From contig OZ244061.1 in NCBI GenBank assembly GCA_965215475.1, positions 832,015-896,014 of the forward strand: DNA of 64,000 nt. Reading direction: 5' to 3'. Shown here piece by piece: positions 62,415 through 64,000 of the stretch (positions are counted from its first letter, which is position 1; every line of letters begins with the position of its first letter). The notes under the pieces were generated by a model. It was not told where the DNA came from. It did not search any database and saw nothing but the letters and a program-made list of their open reading frames with translations. The stretch is from Rhodothermales bacterium. GTDB lineage: Bacteria; Bacteroidota; Rhodothermia; Rhodothermales; Bin80. Made by a program: the position numbers and the translations under genes.

Positions 62415-62434
62415 GTTTCAACACGTGTTGAAAC
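62415..62434. repeat. Perfect 20-bp palindrome GTTTCAACACGTGTTGAAAC (stem-loop immediately 5' of the intron)
   Basis: Read directly from the sequence. Confidence 0.9.
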
Positions 62435-62647
62435 AAGTCCGAAATAGACTCATACGAACCAAAAAATACAGGGAAAACGCAAACCCAAAACATAGGCCTT
62501 CACAGGGTGCGTTTTTTCATCTGAATACACAAATGGTAGAGAGCCCCTCCCCATTTAGAATGTTTAAAACGTCGGATTATACCTGAATGGTCAAGGTATG
62601 AGCATGAGGATAAGAGGTGGGTTCGGTGTGGCAGTATTTTCTTTTTG

Positions 62648-63923
62648 GGTTCTATCACCATTTGTATGGAATTGATTAATTTTGGTTTCACCAAAATTAT
62701 TTTTCATGCTTGATACTTATTTAAAAAATTCAATGCATCAGTGGTTAGATTTAGATTCTTGCTGGAGTATTGATCATGTGGAAACCAATGTGAAGAAGGG
62801 GCGAGTGGATCTTTATATTTCTCATTCGGGGAAGGATCTTGTATGCCCAGATACGGGTGAGTCTGGTACCTTGTATGACCATCGCAAGAAGCGTCAATGG
62901 CGCCATCTGGATCTCTTTCATTTCAAGTGTTTTCTTCACTGTAGGATTCCCCGTGTACTGACTCCTAATGGTCCAAAGACGGTCACCATTCCCTGGGCGG
63001 CTCCATCCAGTCGAGTCACCTATGCTTTTGAATGTTTTGCCATTCGTCTGCTGAAAGCAACTAAGAATCAGACCAAAACAGCAGATCTTCTTCGGTGCGG
63101 ATTTAACCAGCTCCATCGTATTATGCACCGTGCTGTTGAACGCGGAGAGTCACGCAGATCTCTGGCAGGAATTCACCATATCAGTATTGATGAAAAGGCT
63201 CTCAAGCGCGGACATACCTATGCAACGATTGTGAGTGATTCGGATCGTGGAGTGGTCATTGATATTGGACCGGGACGGACGAAAAAAGGCACGATAGAAC
63301 TCTTAGAATGCCTTTTAGGGCAAATCAGATAGAGACGATATCTACGGATATGTGGAAGGCCTTCATTGGAGCGGTTGCAAAGGTGTTCCCCCATGCCCTC
63401 ATGATTCACGATCGGTTTCATTGTATCCAGTATCTCAATCAAGCCATCAATCAAGTACGAAGGCGGGAGGTCAAACAGCATCCAGAACTCAAAGGGAGCC
63501 GATATGCACTGTTGAAAAACGAAAACAATCGTACGGAAAAACAGGAAGACATCTTCCAAGTGGTGAAGGAATTCAACCTCAATGTGAGTGTCGCTTGGCG
63601 GTTACGGGAAGATTTCAAAGCCATCTTTGAATGTGCATCGTTAAAAGAAGCGAAAGCGTATCTCAACTTATGGCTTGACGAGGTGAACGAGGCTGGTGTC
63701 AAAGAAGTCATGAAAGTTGCAGACATGTGTAAGAATCACTTTGATGGCGTCTGCAACGCATTATGGAACCGTCAGTCCAATGCAAAAGCAGAGAGGATTA
63801 ATGGAAAAATTCAAGAGATCAAAACCATTGGTAGAGGATATAGAACCTTTGAAAATTTCAGAGTTGCTATTCTCTTCTTTTGTGGCGGTCTGGATCTCTA
63901 TCCACACGATTCGTGATAGAACC
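62648..63923 (+). mobile_element. ISL3-family insertion sequence (copy 2) with 8-bp target site duplication
   Basis: IRs are GGTTCTATCAC (62648-) and GTGATAGAACC (-63923). It is flanked by TCTTTTTG at 62640-62647 and 63924-63931. Confidence 0.8.
62706..63916 (+). pseudogene. ISL3-family transposase split by a -1 frameshift near 63318-63322
   Basis: ORF1 contains ...CPDTGE...RQWRHLDLFHFKCFLHCRIPRV and ends LLECLLGQIR* at 63332. ORF2 (from 63308) continues ANQIETISTDMWKAF...NAKAERINGKIQEIK...GYRTFENF in the -1 frame. Confidence 0.8.
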
Positions 63924-64000
63924 TCTTTTTGTTTAGGTATCTCGTCCCCATGTTTTGGATAGAAAATATCTTTGCAAACGCTTCCAAAGCTGTATTTGCA

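Noticed and set aside
61597-62586. Several 64-92-aa ORFs on both strands between bcp and ISL3
   Set aside because: None has protein-like composition or motifs. The region is better explained as a structured group II intron RNA plus flanking relic DNA.

Overview
About 64 kb of chromosome from an FCB-group bacterium. T9SS-type C-terminal sorting domains and very acidic protein tails suggest a halophilic Bacteroidota/Rhodothermota/Balneolota-like organism. Housekeeping blocks alternate with accessory DNA. The housekeeping genes are a split metH, an ArsR-MTase-MetF fusion, recA, cinA, pyrE, pgsA, dnaK, tatD, sodA, nuoJKLM-[permease-PCD]-nuoN, a DnaQ/GIY-YIG nuclease, mdh, smr, an ECF sigma gene coupled to DUF971, and bcp. 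The accessory regions are: (1) a nested three-copy IS4/IS1634-like array at 16.05-21.37 kb; (2) plant-type LRR/T9SS surface proteins flanking an arylsulfotransferase-like lipoprotein gene with a G10 tract in its 5' end; (3) a GC-rich patch at 28.7-33.2 kb holding a decayed ISL3, an orphan P-loop ATPase and an IS110 element, marked by a 38-nt motif with variable poly-C tails; (4) a defence island at 39.2-47.1 kb; (5) an ORF-less group II intron next to an ISL3 copy at 61.6-63.9 kb. The defence island carries a classical EcoRII-like endonuclease / Vsr / HTH-Dcm cassette. Divergent from it is the most interesting object in the window, a tightly coupled three-gene operon at 42759-47113. It encodes a 714-aa protein with two GHKL ATPase modules (MORC/Hsp90-like N-terminus plus a histidine-kinase DHp/CA C-terminus), a receiver-domain protein with an unrecognised ~250-aa C-terminal domain, and a complete C5 cytosine methyltransferase. 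I read this as a candidate phosphorelay-controlled, methylation-linked defence or epigenetic system that I cannot match to any named system. All calls come from reading the sequence and the ORF translations; no database search was possible.
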